Shown one piece after another: positions 14,181 through 28,339 of a stretch of 64,000 nt of DNA. A model generated the notes under the pieces. That model was not told the origin of the DNA and did not search any database. It saw only the letters and a list, made by a program, of their open reading frames with translations. Source of the DNA: Octopus vulgaris. Lineage: Eukaryota. The position numbers were made by a program, and so were the translations under genes. How positions within the stretch are numbered: position 1 is the first letter of the stretch; each line of letters opens with the position of its first letter. The stretch is from assembly GCA_951406725.2 (NCBI GenBank), contig OX597837.1, positions 20,274,001-20,338,000 on the forward strand. Direction: 5' to 3'.

Positions 14181-14539
14181 GATAATATTAACTATATACA
14201 CCTGTTGTTATGTCCTGTCCTGTTATTTATATTTGTGTAACATTTCTGTTATTCTTTCCGTCCTTGTTTCGTATACATTCGCTGCTTTCTTCCAAGGAAT
14301 GTAATGCTCTTAGCTTATTTTTCCTTGGGGCTGGCCAGATTGGAGCTATCTCGAGTATAACCAGCCGAAATTGCAAAGATAATCTGGAACTCGACTGAGG
14401 ATAGAAAATTCTGAATGATCCGTCCTTGTTTTCCTTGTATCGTCTGTCTGGCTATATTGTTTTCCTTTTTTGTTTCACCTAACTGTCTGGATGTTTTGCG
14501 TTCTTGTCCCATTTTTGTATTTTTTATATATAAAATATA

Positions 14540-14800
14540 AGTATATCGGCAGTGATTTCAAAAAGTGCCGGTCATTCAACTCCATTTTAGAATTACAGTA
14601 TAAATTGGAGTTGACTTTTGTTATGCCGGAATCCATTCAATTAATTAAGCTAATGCTGACCAAAACCTTTACATCAGTCGTTAATGCGAGAAGTTTCTCA
14701 ACGTTGGATAGAATCCGCTCACATCTAAGAAGCACAATGGCCTAAGAACTGGCTCGGATCTCCATTTAGAAAAGCATTTTGAACGACTCGGAGAACAAGA
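14540..14800 (+). pseudogene. hAT transposase C-terminal dimerisation domain relic
   Basis: MPESIQLIKLMLT..TSVVNARSFSTLDRIRSHLRSTMA matches the hATC ERSFS.L.RI..LRSTM motif. Confidence 0.7.
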
Positions 14801-15601
14801 AGAGCTGCAATACAGGATATGCCATCAAAGCAAAACGACTGGAGTTCATCTGTAACTGAAATAATTTTCGCATTAAAACTATATTTCTGTGGCAAATCTG
14901 TGATGAGCCCGAGTGACATTGATGACCTGAAGTTGCCTCTGATATGTGTGGGGGGGGGTGTATGAGTGTGTGTGTGCATATATATATATATATATATGTC
15001 CATCTGCGACGATACTTCCGTCGTAACTGCTATCCTGTCTTTTCTCGCCCGCCTTCTAAGGCTACTGGTCGACATTCTTTCTCTCTCGTCGTCCACTATA
15101 ATCCAGCGTTTGCAATACTTTTTTCGTCTGGTGTAAACAGCCCTTCTTATCTTGTTCTCCTTGTCCTGTCTCTCACTGTTATATATTTATTTTTCCACTG
15201 TTTATTTATATTTTTTTTTTTTACTGTTTATATGTTTGTACTGTCGTTACCGTCTTGCTTTTTTTACCATTTTTTACCCCTCTGCGAAGAGATCTCAGAA
15301 TTTTAATTGATTTGCTTTTTGCAGGAAGGAAGTTTCTTCGAAGTATACGTCTCGCTTTTATCCTTCGAAACGTGGAGTAGATGAAACCTTAGCGACTGAA
15401 GAAGGGGATTTTTCGTTGTGCTTATTGTCCTGTATCTCCTTTTTTTTGCTTGTCCTGTTCCTTGGTTTGTGTCTATGTTTTTCGTCTCTCTATGTGTTCG
15501 ACGTCTTTTTGGTGTCCTGTACACATATATGCGTGTATATGTACATGTAGAGGTAGGTACGTACATATATGTTTATATATATGCATATGTTCTATTTTAT
15601 T

Positions 15602-15645
<44 letters not shown>

Positions 15646-15798
15646 ATTATAAATATATAAATATATAATTATAATCAAGGGCGCTGGAGGACCAACGCCA
15701 ATACGCTAGAAGTAGATGTCAAATGTCTAGTAACCACTATACGTTTGTCATCTTTTGATATAAGGTTGTATGCAGGAAATAGACAAGAAGGCTAATAA

Positions 15799-15869
15799 AT
15801 TTCGGACAAATCTACATCGTAAGATTTCGTGTTTTGTAATAAAAATTACTTTACACTCATCAGCAGAAT
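15799..15869 (-). ncRNA. Candidate type-I hammerhead ribozyme
   Basis: Minus strand attctg-CTGATGA-gtgt..acac-GAAA-tcttacgatgtagattt-GTC-cgaaat; perfect stem II, imperfect stem I. Confidence 0.55.
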
Positions 15870-16086
15870 ATACCGACCATATATAAGCATTAAAAAATAT
15901 ATACATACCGATACAATACTTGCGTACAAATACCAATACATACATACATTTCCCACTTATATATTAGGAGATCATATCGCCCATTTCAGCCATGTGCTGT
16001 CAGAATAGCACCGGAGCAAATATAATAACTACAGAACTCAAGTATCAGTATGTGCATATATTTTTCACTTATATATGATCGGTGTA

Positions 16087-16130
<44 letters not shown>

Positions 16131-16673
16131 TACATACATACATACATACATGCATACATACATACATACATACGCAGATATATAGATAGAGAGAGGGGGT
16201 GAGAGAACGATTACGTATAAATATATTTTTTGAACATGTGTATATTATTTGAGTGTATGAGTATTTGTGTGTGTGTGTATGTGTACATTAATGTACGGTG
16301 TACACCAAGGTGCATTTGTGCAATTGGGCGTAAAAAGTATTCAACAGAATGGAATGAAATCCTGAATTCAAGTTGCTACTTTGTATTTCACATTTCCTTT
16401 TCAGAAGTTGATGAAGCGGAAGACACACAGACACATATACATACATACATACATACATACATACATACATACATACATGCATACATACATACACACACAC
16501 ATACATACACACATGCACGCACCCATATACATACACAAATGCATGTATATATACACATATAAATACATAAATACATACATACATACATACAGGAATACAT
16601 ACATACTTATATATACACACATTCATACACACATACACACACACACAGACATATATATACATACATACATACA

Positions 16674-16704
<31 letters not shown>

Positions 16705-16739
16705 TTCGGAGTTATTTCGCAAGTGATTTTACCTGAGCA

Positions 16740-16808
<69 letters not shown>

Positions 16809-17248
16809 CATTATTATTATTAATGCGGCAAATGGCAGAATCGTTAACACGCTGGGCCAAATGGTTAATGACATTTCTTCCGACTTTACCCACTCAGTTC
16901 AAATCCCGCCGAGGTCCATTTTGCCTTTCAGTCTTTCGGGTCGATAAAGTAAGTACAAGCTGATCATTGAAGTCGATGCAATCGTCTCGTCTACTCTCAC
17001 CTCTTAATTTCCAGGCGGCGTACTTATTGTTGGAAAGAATATTATTTATTTCTTCTGTCTCAGTAGTATTTCAATGGTACAGTCTGTTATGAAGAGATAA
17101 CATTCTCGTAACTGACCCAAATCTGATGAAAATCGGTTATCTTATATTATAAAAGAGAAACTGATCTCCATATGTCTGCTAGTAACATCTGTATGGTAAG
17201 AAGGAAGATGGGGAGAAGAAATATTTGTTGAGAGAGAAATGCAATGAG

Positions 17249-17283
<35 letters not shown>

Positions 17284-17872
17284 ATGCGTGTGTTTGTGCG
17301 TGCGTGTTTATGTGTGTGTGGCCGTGTGTGCGTGGGTGTGGATGTGTGTGTATGTGTGTGTGAGAGAGGGAGAGAGCGGGTGCGCGCCTGTGTGAAAGAT
17401 CGATAAATAGATAGTGTTGTCACCTTAGTAACTAAGTTTTGATTTTAAAATGCGGGAATTTTAAGTTCAAGTCTGTCAACACAATGCAACTTAGATTTCA
17501 AAGAAAGACTATATGTAGTCTTTGGTTGAATCGGGTATATAGAAGTTATGTACCCCAGATGATATGCAGGGATTGAACCCGAAACCATAGAGTTGGGAAG
17601 TAAAATTCTTTCACATTTCCACAATTATTAGTGTTAAGCTGTCAGCTAGAATGCTTTTCAGTATTCGCTCCAGCGCTCTAGGCCCCGAGTTCAAACCTAT
17701 CCGGGAGCAACCTTGTCATTAAAATTTTGCGGAATTGATGAATAAAGTACCAGTTCTTTGTCACTGCGGAAGAAATCGACTAGGGTGACATCTGGTAAAG
17801 GATCGACTCCGACAGCTTTACAGAATGCTCCCAAAAGTAAAATTAAACAGACGGCCTACATCAGTGATTCTC

Positions 17873-18127
17873 AAATAGCCCGGTGGTTTGAGCGTCGGGC
17901 TTACAATCATGCGATAGTGAGTTCGATTCCCGGAATGGGCTGTGTGTTGTGTTCTAGAGCAAAACACTTCATTTCACGTTGCTCCAGTTCACTCAGCTGG
18001 CAAAAATGAGTAACACTGCGATGGACTGGTGTCCCGTCCAGCTAGGGAACACACACGCCGCAGAAACCGGGAAACCGGGCCCATGAGCTTGGCTACTCTT
18101 TAAAAGGGCGCATTTATTTTATTTTTA
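17873..18127 (+). mobile_element. tRNA-derived SINE with Meta/V-like central domain
   Basis: TAGCCCGGTGG and GAGTTCGATTCC boxes; CTGCGATGGACTGGTGTCCCGTCCAG..CAGAAACCGGG; TTTA tail. Decayed relatives near 31780-32040 (+), 3200-3320 (-), 62300-62535 (-). Confidence 0.7.
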
Positions 18128-18551
18128 TAAGTGAAATCTATAGGGTAAGTCGAACCCAAAATGCCGCCGCTTTATCCTACAATTCCAGCCATCCAGCTCA
18201 GCCATCAATCTCCACCATCATTTGCTTATTTTCTCGTTAATGACCCTCCCAAGATACAACAAGACTCTCGTTACAAACTATTTAAAAATGAAAGAAAGAA
18301 AGAAAAAATCAAAACTAAATATGTTCCGCAGGCTGAGATCGAAATCTCGTTTCTCTTTCATAGACTATCTGTTGTCTCTTCACCGACCCCGACACCATCA
18401 TCTTCCCCCGTAGCTTATCCCGAAGGTTATAGTGACATTCCTCGGGGAAGTTGCTGTGAAACAAATACCTCCCCTTCACTTCAATCGCCTCCGTTCAAAC
18501 ATGCATACACGCACATAAATATTCAACTCTGTCTCTATCTCCCCCTCTTTC

Positions 18552-18582
<31 letters not shown>

Positions 18583-18806
18583 CTCTCCTTTTCACTCCCT
18601 CCCTCACTCTAAATTTGATTAGTTCTCTAAACTATCGTAAATCTTAAGTAACGCTGAAATGAAATTTCTATAAACTCAATTACACCGTTCTAATTAAACT
18701 GTAGAGAGTAACTTTACTCTTTTGCACAGCCATTTCTCGTCAATGCGAGCAACAGTGATTTTATCATACATGCTTGAAGGCATTTGTTAGCAGGCGCTAT
18801 AGTTTT

Positions 18807-18856
<50 letters not shown>

Positions 18857-19037
18857 CCTCTGTCTCTCTCTATCTATCTATGTCTATCTATCTCTCCTTT
18901 CTCTCCCCCACTCTCACACACAGTTTCTTTCGTTTTGTCTCTCTTTCGCACTCTCATATTCACATAGAAATGTATGTAGGCATTTATCTATCTAGTTATC
19001 TACCTTCTTGTCTGTCTGTCTACCTGTGCCTCTGTCT

Positions 19038-19313
<276 letters not shown>

Positions 19314-19504
19314 ATCTGTTTACCTATCTGTTAACTTGTATGTCTATCTATTTATCTATCTACCTGTCTATCTGTCTATTTATTTATCTATCTATCTGTT
19401 TACCTTTCTGTCTATCTATTTACCAATCTATCTGTCTTTCTATCTATATATTTATCTGTCTTTCTGTGTATATATCTACCTGTCTATTTATCTATCAACC
19501 TGTG

Positions 19505-19634
<130 letters not shown>

Positions 19635-19680
19635 AGTCTAACAAGCTAGCTATCTGTGAATCTATCTATCTATCTATCTG

Positions 19681-22600
19681 CGTGGCTTGGGGTCCCCTTG
19701 GAAACAAGGGTACCTCTTAAATGACATAAAGTCACACAAGTTAGAAATCATAGCCATAAGTGAGACCAGACTCCACAATCCGCCGGCCCTAAAGACCATG
19801 TTTGGCGGACAGTTCAACATTTATTTTCCCCCCTGTCTGCCAAGAATGGGCGGTAGTGGCACCGCGCTACTTTTTCGCAAGAGTCTGAATCTTAAAGTAA
19901 AGACAAAATTCGTAGACCCGGAGGGTAGACTGGTCGCCCTGGATGTCGACGGCAGCAATGGGTGCGCTTTTCGACTTGTATCAGTCTACGCACCGCCTTT
20001 AACAGGTCGGGCGGATTTCTTTCAACGTCTAGAAGTATTCTTGGGAACGTCTCGTCCTTTACTCTTAGTGGGGGATTTGAATGCTACCTTGGACACGCAT
20101 GTAGACTACGTGGGCAGAGATAGGAATAGACAGGAATGCAAATGCCTCAGAGACCTGCTCAGATGCTTTCAACTCTTTGACAGGCACCGACTCGACCACC
20201 CGAATGCGCCAACGTGGACATGGAGCAACCGCATCAGGTCGTCGAGATCGTATCTAGATAGGATACTGTGTAGGACAGTAGACTGAGATAGCGTAGGATG
20301 TCCACAATTCCACATAGTCAGCTACATGGATCACATACTTGTGACATGTACGCTAGACTTAAGTAAGACATATAGGCAGGGTCTCGGATACTGGAAACTA
20401 AACGCGTCTTTCCCATCGCGACAGGTTTTCAGAGACCGGATTAGCACACTAGTAAAGAGGGCTTTGACGGGAGCCATCATCAACAACAAATGGTGGTTTG
20501 CCCTCAAGAGAGCAGTAAAAGCAGAAGCGATTAAGTACAGCAAAGCATTAGCCATAGATAGAAACAGAGTTGAGGGTGAGCTAGTTAAGAAGCTAGAAGA
20601 GGCAATTAGAAGCGGCATCGCATCCGACGTTTTGGCGACGCGGCTGGCCCTCGACCAACACTTCAACGCCAAACACGAAGTGTGTGTTGTCAGAGCTAGG
20701 ATGCGTGCTCTCAGGAACGAAGGTGTTGGAGCTGCGCGAGAGGCCCGGGTAGCAGAGGCGCAACAGTGCAACAAAGCCACCATTCGGTCTCTGGTAGATG
20801 AACAGGGGCGTGAATTGCTCGAGCCAAGTAAAATGTATGATGCCTTTCAACAGCATTTTGCCCGACTGTTCGGGACGAGTGGCGGACAAAAACGTAGGGT
20901 GGATTTCAGTGCCTACCATGACTCTCGACAAGAGAGGCAGGGCGCTGCGAAGGTGCCATCACGGCGGCGGAAGTGCAGGACGCGATGGCAGAATTTTCAA
21001 CGGACAAATCGCTGGATTTGGATGGTCTACCCTACGAGCTTTACAGTTGTATGCCAGACTTGTTTGGAGATGTCTTGGCAGCGGTGTACTGCAACTGGCG
21101 GCAAAACGGGAGCATTCCTGGTTTTGTGAGCCGAGGAGCCGTAACACTGCTGAGGAAAGATCTAAACAAGGGGGATGTAATAGATAACTTTAGGCCCATC
21201 ACTCTGCTTAATGCAGACTTGAAAATTTTGGCCAAGGTGTTAACCATCGTATAGAGGTATCCGCTCGGTAATTTGCGTAAATGGACGTCTATCGAAACCT
21301 TTCGACATTGCACGTTCGGTCCGTCAGGGATGCCCCCTCTCGTCGCTTCTCTACGTATTGACTCTCGAGCTATTATTGCGGAAGCTGGTAACTCTGAGAG
21401 GCATCCCGCGAGGTTTGGGACGAGCGTGTCTGCATACGCGGACGACGTCACCGTCATAGTGTCTAGCCACGAGCACATCGACCTGGTCGGTGAGACACTG
21501 AAAGACTACGAAGCGGTGACAGGAGCGAAAATCAAACGGGAAAAATCAGTGGGCTTGCGGCTCGGCACCTGGAGAAACAAGCCCATGCCGTCCACCCACG
21601 CCTCCGTCGTGGACGTTGGACGGACGGCCTGGTCGAGTTGCTCGGGGTCTGGTTCGGGACCTCCAAATGGAGAAAAAATGGAACGAGATAACGAGTAGGG
21701 TGGTCACTCTCTCCTGGCAATGGGCCGAGAGGAAACTGTCCCTAAAAGGTCGGGCGGAGGTGGCGAACTCGTACATCGCGTCCGTCATCTACTACCGCCT
21801 GACCGTCGTGCCTTGTCCCGACCCTACCATCACCAAACTAGAACGCATTCTCTTTCGCTTCTTGTGGAAAGGATGCGTCCCGATGGTCAGGCGATCCATT
21901 TTCTGTCAACACCCGTTAAAAGGAGGACTGGGCATGCCGTGGTTAATGATGCGCAGACACGCGCTGAGACTGCGACATCTCAGGCTCTACGTAGACGACG
22001 GTGAACAGGTGTGGTCGCCGTTTGTGAGGCACGCTTTCCCGCAACTCGTCTCCATGAGCGAACTGCAGTCGTGGATCAAAAAGAGGCCGAGGAAGGGCGA
22101 ATGGCACCGCGAGTGTCGCGTTGCTCTCCCGGGTCGACCTTGAGTGACTTCAACACAACCAAAGCATTCTATAGGGGGTTAGTGGAGGGGAGGTACGACG
22201 ACGAGCTCGGGGCGAACCTGGACGTCGACGAGGAATACCTGACCCGCCTGTTCAGGACGACTTTCGGTCCAGGGCCCATAGACAACTTCCAGAGATCCCT
22301 GGCCTGGCAGTGCTACCGAGAAGCGTTACCCGTTCGAGATAAGTTCTACAGATACGGCTCGAGAAACACGGGGCCGACCTGCCCGAGATGCGGTCAGAGC
22401 AACGAAACCGTTCTGCACGCACTCGTGAAGTGTCCAACAATTTCCGACATAGGGGCTTATGTCGAACGACTACTGTCACGTGTGGGACGAGTCGGTTTAT
22501 CAGCTGAGTCTATCGTCAATATTGTCACGCCTCCTTCCTTCAAACGGGAAGGAAGAGCTATTTTCATCATCCTTGTGGCTATGGCGAAAGAATGTATCTG

Positions 22601-23051
22601 GTGGACGCGTCTGAAAGGATTGCAGACAAACACTTTCCTCTCTGGCCAATCTCTCATCAACTTCTTCAAGTATCACTTGAAAAGGAAGGTGAGAGTAGAG
22701 AGACAAGTTTTGTCTAGCGAATTTTTCAAAAAAAGATGGGTGAATGTAGCAAGAATGGCACGTATGAATGACGAAGCCACCTTCAGCATAATCCTATGAA
22801 CCCGGAAAATTTAAAACAGAGGGTTACCTGCTTGCAAACAAATGTGGTAAGATGTAACATCATTGACCGAGGTTACCGTGGTCTTTTAAGTAAGCTTTTC
22901 TTCCCAAGGATAAACCTTATCTGCTTCCCTTTTACGGTCCCATTTGATCGAAAACCTAACCCACCTTTTTTTTTTTTCTCCCCCAAAAAGAAAAGCTCTA
23001 CTTTGTAATCTGTCCCGTCTGTGTGCAGCCCTGTGTGGTTAATAAAGAAAC
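19681..23051 (+). mobile_element. Tx1/L1-clade LINE, 5'-truncated at the start of ORF2, disrupted (APE + RT + zf-RVT)
   Basis: RGLG, ISETRL, SVYAP, VGDLNA, SYLDRI, DH (APE); DGLPYELY, FRPITLLNADLKILAKVL, SVRQGCPLS, AYADDV (RT); CPRC..ETVLHALVKC. Stops and frameshifts; ORF2 ends 22799; 3' UTR ends AATAAAGAAA. Confidence 0.92.
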
Positions 23052-23242
23052 ATATCTATCTATGTATGACTTTTCTGGACTCAGAAGAGACATGAAAGCA
23101 TATTATCAAACGGGCAGCTGATTGCAACACATTAATATGAGTGCAGCAACTGTAACAAGAACTGAACGTCTCTTGTTAGCTTCAGGGTAAAAGAAAACTT
23201 TCTCAGTGATGGTGATACTCGTCTAACAAGTTGACAGGCATC

Positions 23243-23757
23243 ATGTATGTATGTATGTATGTATGTATGTATGTATGTATGTATGTATGTATGTATGTAT
23301 GTATGTATGTATGTATGTATGTATGTATGTATGTATGTATTTATGTATGTATGTATGTATGTATGTATGTATGTTTGTATGTATGTATGTATGTATGTAT
23401 GTATGTTTGTATGTATGTATGTATGTATGTATGTATGTATGTATGTATGTATGTATGTATGTATGTATGTATGTATGTATGTATGTATGTATGTATGTAT
23501 GTATGTATGTATGTATGTATGTATGTATGTATGTATGTATGTATGTATGTATGTATGTATGTATGTTTGTATGTATGTAAGTATGTATGTTTGTATGTAT
23601 GTATGTATGTATGTATGTATGTATGTATGTATGTATGTATGTATGTATGTATGTATGTATGTATGTATGTATGTATGTATGTATGTATGTATGTATGTAT
23701 GTATGTATGTATGTATGTTTGTATGTATGTGTGTATGTATGTTTGTATGTATGTATG

Positions 23758-23789
<32 letters not shown>

Positions 23790-24127
23790 TGTATGTATGT
23801 ATTTATGTATGTATGTATGTATGTATGTATGTATGTATGTATGTATGTATGTATGTATGTATGTATGTATGTATGTATGTATGTATGTATTTATGTATGT
23901 ATGTATGTATGTATGTATGTATGTATGTATTTATGTATGTATGTATGTATGTATGTATGTATGTATGTATGTATGTATGTATGTATGTATGTATGTATGT
24001 ATGTATGTATGTATGTATGTATGTATGTATGTATGTATGTATGTATGTATGTATGTATGTATGTATGTATGTATGTATGTATGTATGTATGTATGTATGT
24101 ATGTATGTATTTATGTATGTATGTATG

Positions 24128-24159
<32 letters not shown>

Positions 24160-26371
24160 TGTATGTATGTATGTATGTATGTATGTATGTATGTATGTAT
24201 GTATGTATGTATGTATGTATGTATGTATGTATGTATGTATGTATGTATGTATGTATGTATGTATGTATGTATGTATGTTTGTATGTATTTATGTATGTAT
24301 GTATGTATGTATGTATGTATGTATGTATGTATGTATGTATGTATGTATTTATGTATGTATGTATGTATGTATGTATGTATGTATGTATGTATGTATGTAT
24401 GTATGTATGTATGTTTGTATGTATGTATGTATGTATGTATGTTTGTATGTAAGTATGTATGTATGTATGTATGTATGTATGTATGTATGTATGTATGTAT
24501 GTATGTATGTATGTATGTATGTATGTATGTATGTATGTATGTATGTATGTATGTATGTATGTATGTATGTATGTATGTATGTATGTATGTATGTATGTAT
24601 GTATGTATGTATGTATGTATGTATGTATGTATGTATGTATGTATGTATGTATGTATGTATGTATGTATGTATGTATGTATGTATGTATGTATGTATGTAT
24701 TTATGTATGTATGTATGTATGTATGTATGTATGTATGTATGTATGTATGTATGTATGTATGTATGTATGTATGTATGTATGTATGTATGTATGTATGTAT
24801 GTATGTATGTATGTATGTATGTATGTATGTATGTATGTATGTATGTATGTATGTATGTATGTATGTATGTATGTATGTATGTATGTATGTATGTATGTAT
24901 GTATGTATGTATGTATGTATGTATGTATGTATGTATGTATGTATGTATGTATGTATGTATGTATGTATGTATGTATGTATGTATGTATGTATGTATGTTT
25001 GTATGTATGTATGTATGTATGTATGTATGTATGTATGTATGTATGTATGTATGTATGTATGTATGTATGTATGTATGTATGTATGTATGTTATGTATGTA
25101 TGTATGTATGTATGTATGTATGTATGTATTTATGTATGTATGTATGTATGTATGTATGTATGTATGTATGTATGTATGTATGTTTGTATGTATGTATGTA
25201 TGTATGTATGTATGTATGTATGTATGTATGTATGTATGTATGTATGTATGTATGTATGTATGTATGTATGTATGTATGTATGTATGTATGTATGTATGTA
25301 TTTATGTATGTATGTATGTATGTATGTATGTATGTATGTATGTATGTATGTATGTATGTATGTATTTATGTATGTATGTATGTATGTATGTATGTATGTA
25401 TGTATGTATGTATGTATGTATGTATTTATGTATGTATGTATGTATGTATGTATGTATGTATGTATGTATGTATGTATGTATGTATGTATGTATGTATGTA
25501 TGTATGTATGTATGTATGTATGTATGTATGTATGTATGTATTTATGTATGTATGTATGTATGTATGTATGTATGTATGTATGTATGTATGTATGTATGTA
25601 TGTATGTATGTATGTATGTATGTATGTTTGTATGTATGTATGTATGTATGTATGTATGTATGTATGTATGTATGTATGTATGTATGTATGTATGTATGTA
25701 TGTATGTATGTATGTATGTATGTATGTATGTATGTATGTATGTATGTATGTATGTATGTATGTATTTATGTATGTATGTTTGTATGTATGTATGTATGTA
25801 TGTATGTATGTATGTATGTATGTATGTATGTATGTATGTATGTATGTATGTATGTATGTATGTATGTATGTATGTATGTATGTATGTATGTATGTATGTA
25901 TGTATGTATGTATGTATGTATGTATGTATGTATGTATGTATGTATGTATGTATGTATGTATGTATGTATGTATGTATGTATGTATGTATGTATGTATGTA
26001 TGTATGTATGTATGTATTTATGTATGTATGTATGTATGTATTTATGTATGTATGTATGTATGTATGTATGTATGTATGTTTGTATGTATGTATGTATGTA
26101 TGTATGTATGTATGTATGTATGTATGTATGTTTGTATGTATGTATGTATGTATGTATGTATGTATGTATGTATGTATGTATGTATGTATGTATGTATCTA
26201 TGTATGTATGTATGTATGTATGTATGTATGTATGTATGTATGTATGTATGTATGTATGTATGTATGTATGTATGTATGTATGTATGTATGTATGTATGTA
26301 TTTATGTATTTATGTATGTATGTATGTATGTATGTATGTATGTATGTATGCATGTATGTATGTATGTATGT
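23243..26371. repeat. ~3.1 kb (TATG)n tetranucleotide array
   Basis: Directly visible; sparse TTTG/TATT variants. Confidence 0.98.
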
Positions 26372-26500
26372 TTTTCGTCCTTTAGATTGTCGACGAAAAC
26401 CACCCTCCTCACCAAACAGGCTTCATAACGTTGCCGGTTTAGACGCCGACCATGCAGCGGGTTTCACTGACTCACATGTCGCCCAGATGGTGACCTCACA

Positions 26501-26578
<78 letters not shown>

Positions 26579-26594
26579 CGCACGTACACTTTCT

Positions 26595-26975
26595 TATTTC
26601 TTTATTGCCCACAAGGGGCTAAACATAGAGGGAACAAACAAGGACAGACAAAGGGAATAAGTCGTTACTGGTACTTAATTTATCGACCCCGAAAGGATGA
26701 AAGGCAGATTTGATCTCGGCGGAATTTGAACTCAGAACGTAGCGGTAGACGAAATACCTATTTCTTTACTACCCACAAGAGGCTAAACACAGAAGGGACA
26801 AACAAGGACAGACAAACGTATTAAGCCGATTATATCAATCCCAGTGCGTTACTGGTACTTATTTAATCGACCCCGAAAGGATGAAAGGCGAAGTTGAACT
26901 CAGAACGTAACGGCAGACGAAATACCGCTAAGTATTTCGGCCGCCCTGCTAACGTTTCTGCCAGCTCGCCGCCTT
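26595..26975 (-). mobile_element. SINE family A dimer with TSD
   Basis: Head plus two bodies; TACACTTTCT at 26585-26594 and 26981-26990. Confidence 0.85.
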
Positions 26976-27922
26976 TCGCATACACTTTCTAACTGACTAT
27001 CTTTCATAGCCGAACACCGTAGGGAAGTTTGCAATTCATCCTTTTGGATCTTCTCTTTTTGGTTGTACCTGTGAAAATTTCAAGAGTTAGTGAAAATTTT
27101 AGAATTTGGTGTATGGAAGTAATTTTCCGTGTTGTATCTCAAGAAGATATTTAACTTTTTTCAGAAAACATTTTTAAAAAAATTGCAGAGGTTTGAGTTT
27201 GATCATTTTTACCCACTCAGAAAACAGGATTTCGGATCTGTCATTTTGTGCGTGACTGCACATGTTGTCAAATGTAAACAAATGAAATATTGGCGGAATT
27301 CTGCTTAAAGCACGCCATGTAACCAACCCCCTTATAACGTTTTTATGTTTTGGAATTTTCAGAAACTTCTTGCGAGTTTGTATTCTGCACACAGGAATAC
27401 ATACGATTATGCAAAAACAAAGAGAAAATACATTTGGTGCGATAACTAAGGCCTATTTAGCTATTATTTTTAGCACATCTTACATCTTACCATTTAATAA
27501 GCGAAAAATAACCGTGTTGATCAACAGCTTGGTAACAGCTTGGCTTGTTACTATGGAACGAATCTGTGGCTTACGTTTGGCAAAAATTACCCCAAATTTG
27601 CAAACTTTAAAAGCTACTGACTCTTCATTGATTTATGACGAAAGTGAATTTCATGTCAATGATTACCATGCAAAACTACATCTTTACACCTTATATAAAA
27701 TCAATTGGAGCAAAAATTAAAGAAATTGAAAAGTGGCGGCCAAACAGAGAAGAACCCAGATATTTTTTCTTTTTCATTTCGAGTCACCTTATTTTAAACA
27801 CCACGTGATCGACTCTAATTTTTAGAACGTTCTACTAAAACCTGTTTCACTCGATAACGGCTAAAGAATTGGGTCGACAGAAAAACATCCTGATGTTCTG
27901 GACGTTTTAACAGGAAGATAAA

Positions 27923-27991
<69 letters not shown>

Positions 27992-28250
27992 CAACAAACT
28001 GAGGAACAGAAATTCTTCTAAAGGGTGTGTTAAACATCCAATTCACTTGTACGTCAGTTGGATACCATATAAATATTGGTATAATTCAATTATAATGATA
28101 AATTGAATATGGAGATATTCTATTGACAATCAAATAATTTCTTTATATTACAATATTACATCAAATACTATGAATACAATATATAATATAACAATAGATA
28201 ATATATAAATAATTATAAAAACCATAAAAGGCCAACAAATTGTTTCGTCA

Positions 28251-28295
<45 letters not shown>

Positions 28296-28339
28296 TGATA
28301 TACATAATCACAGTTCCATTATATATATATATACATATA

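Noticed and set aside
23231-26660. 1065-, 932- and 733-aa ORFs (MYVC repeats)
   Set aside because: Translations of a stop-free (TATG)n array, not genes
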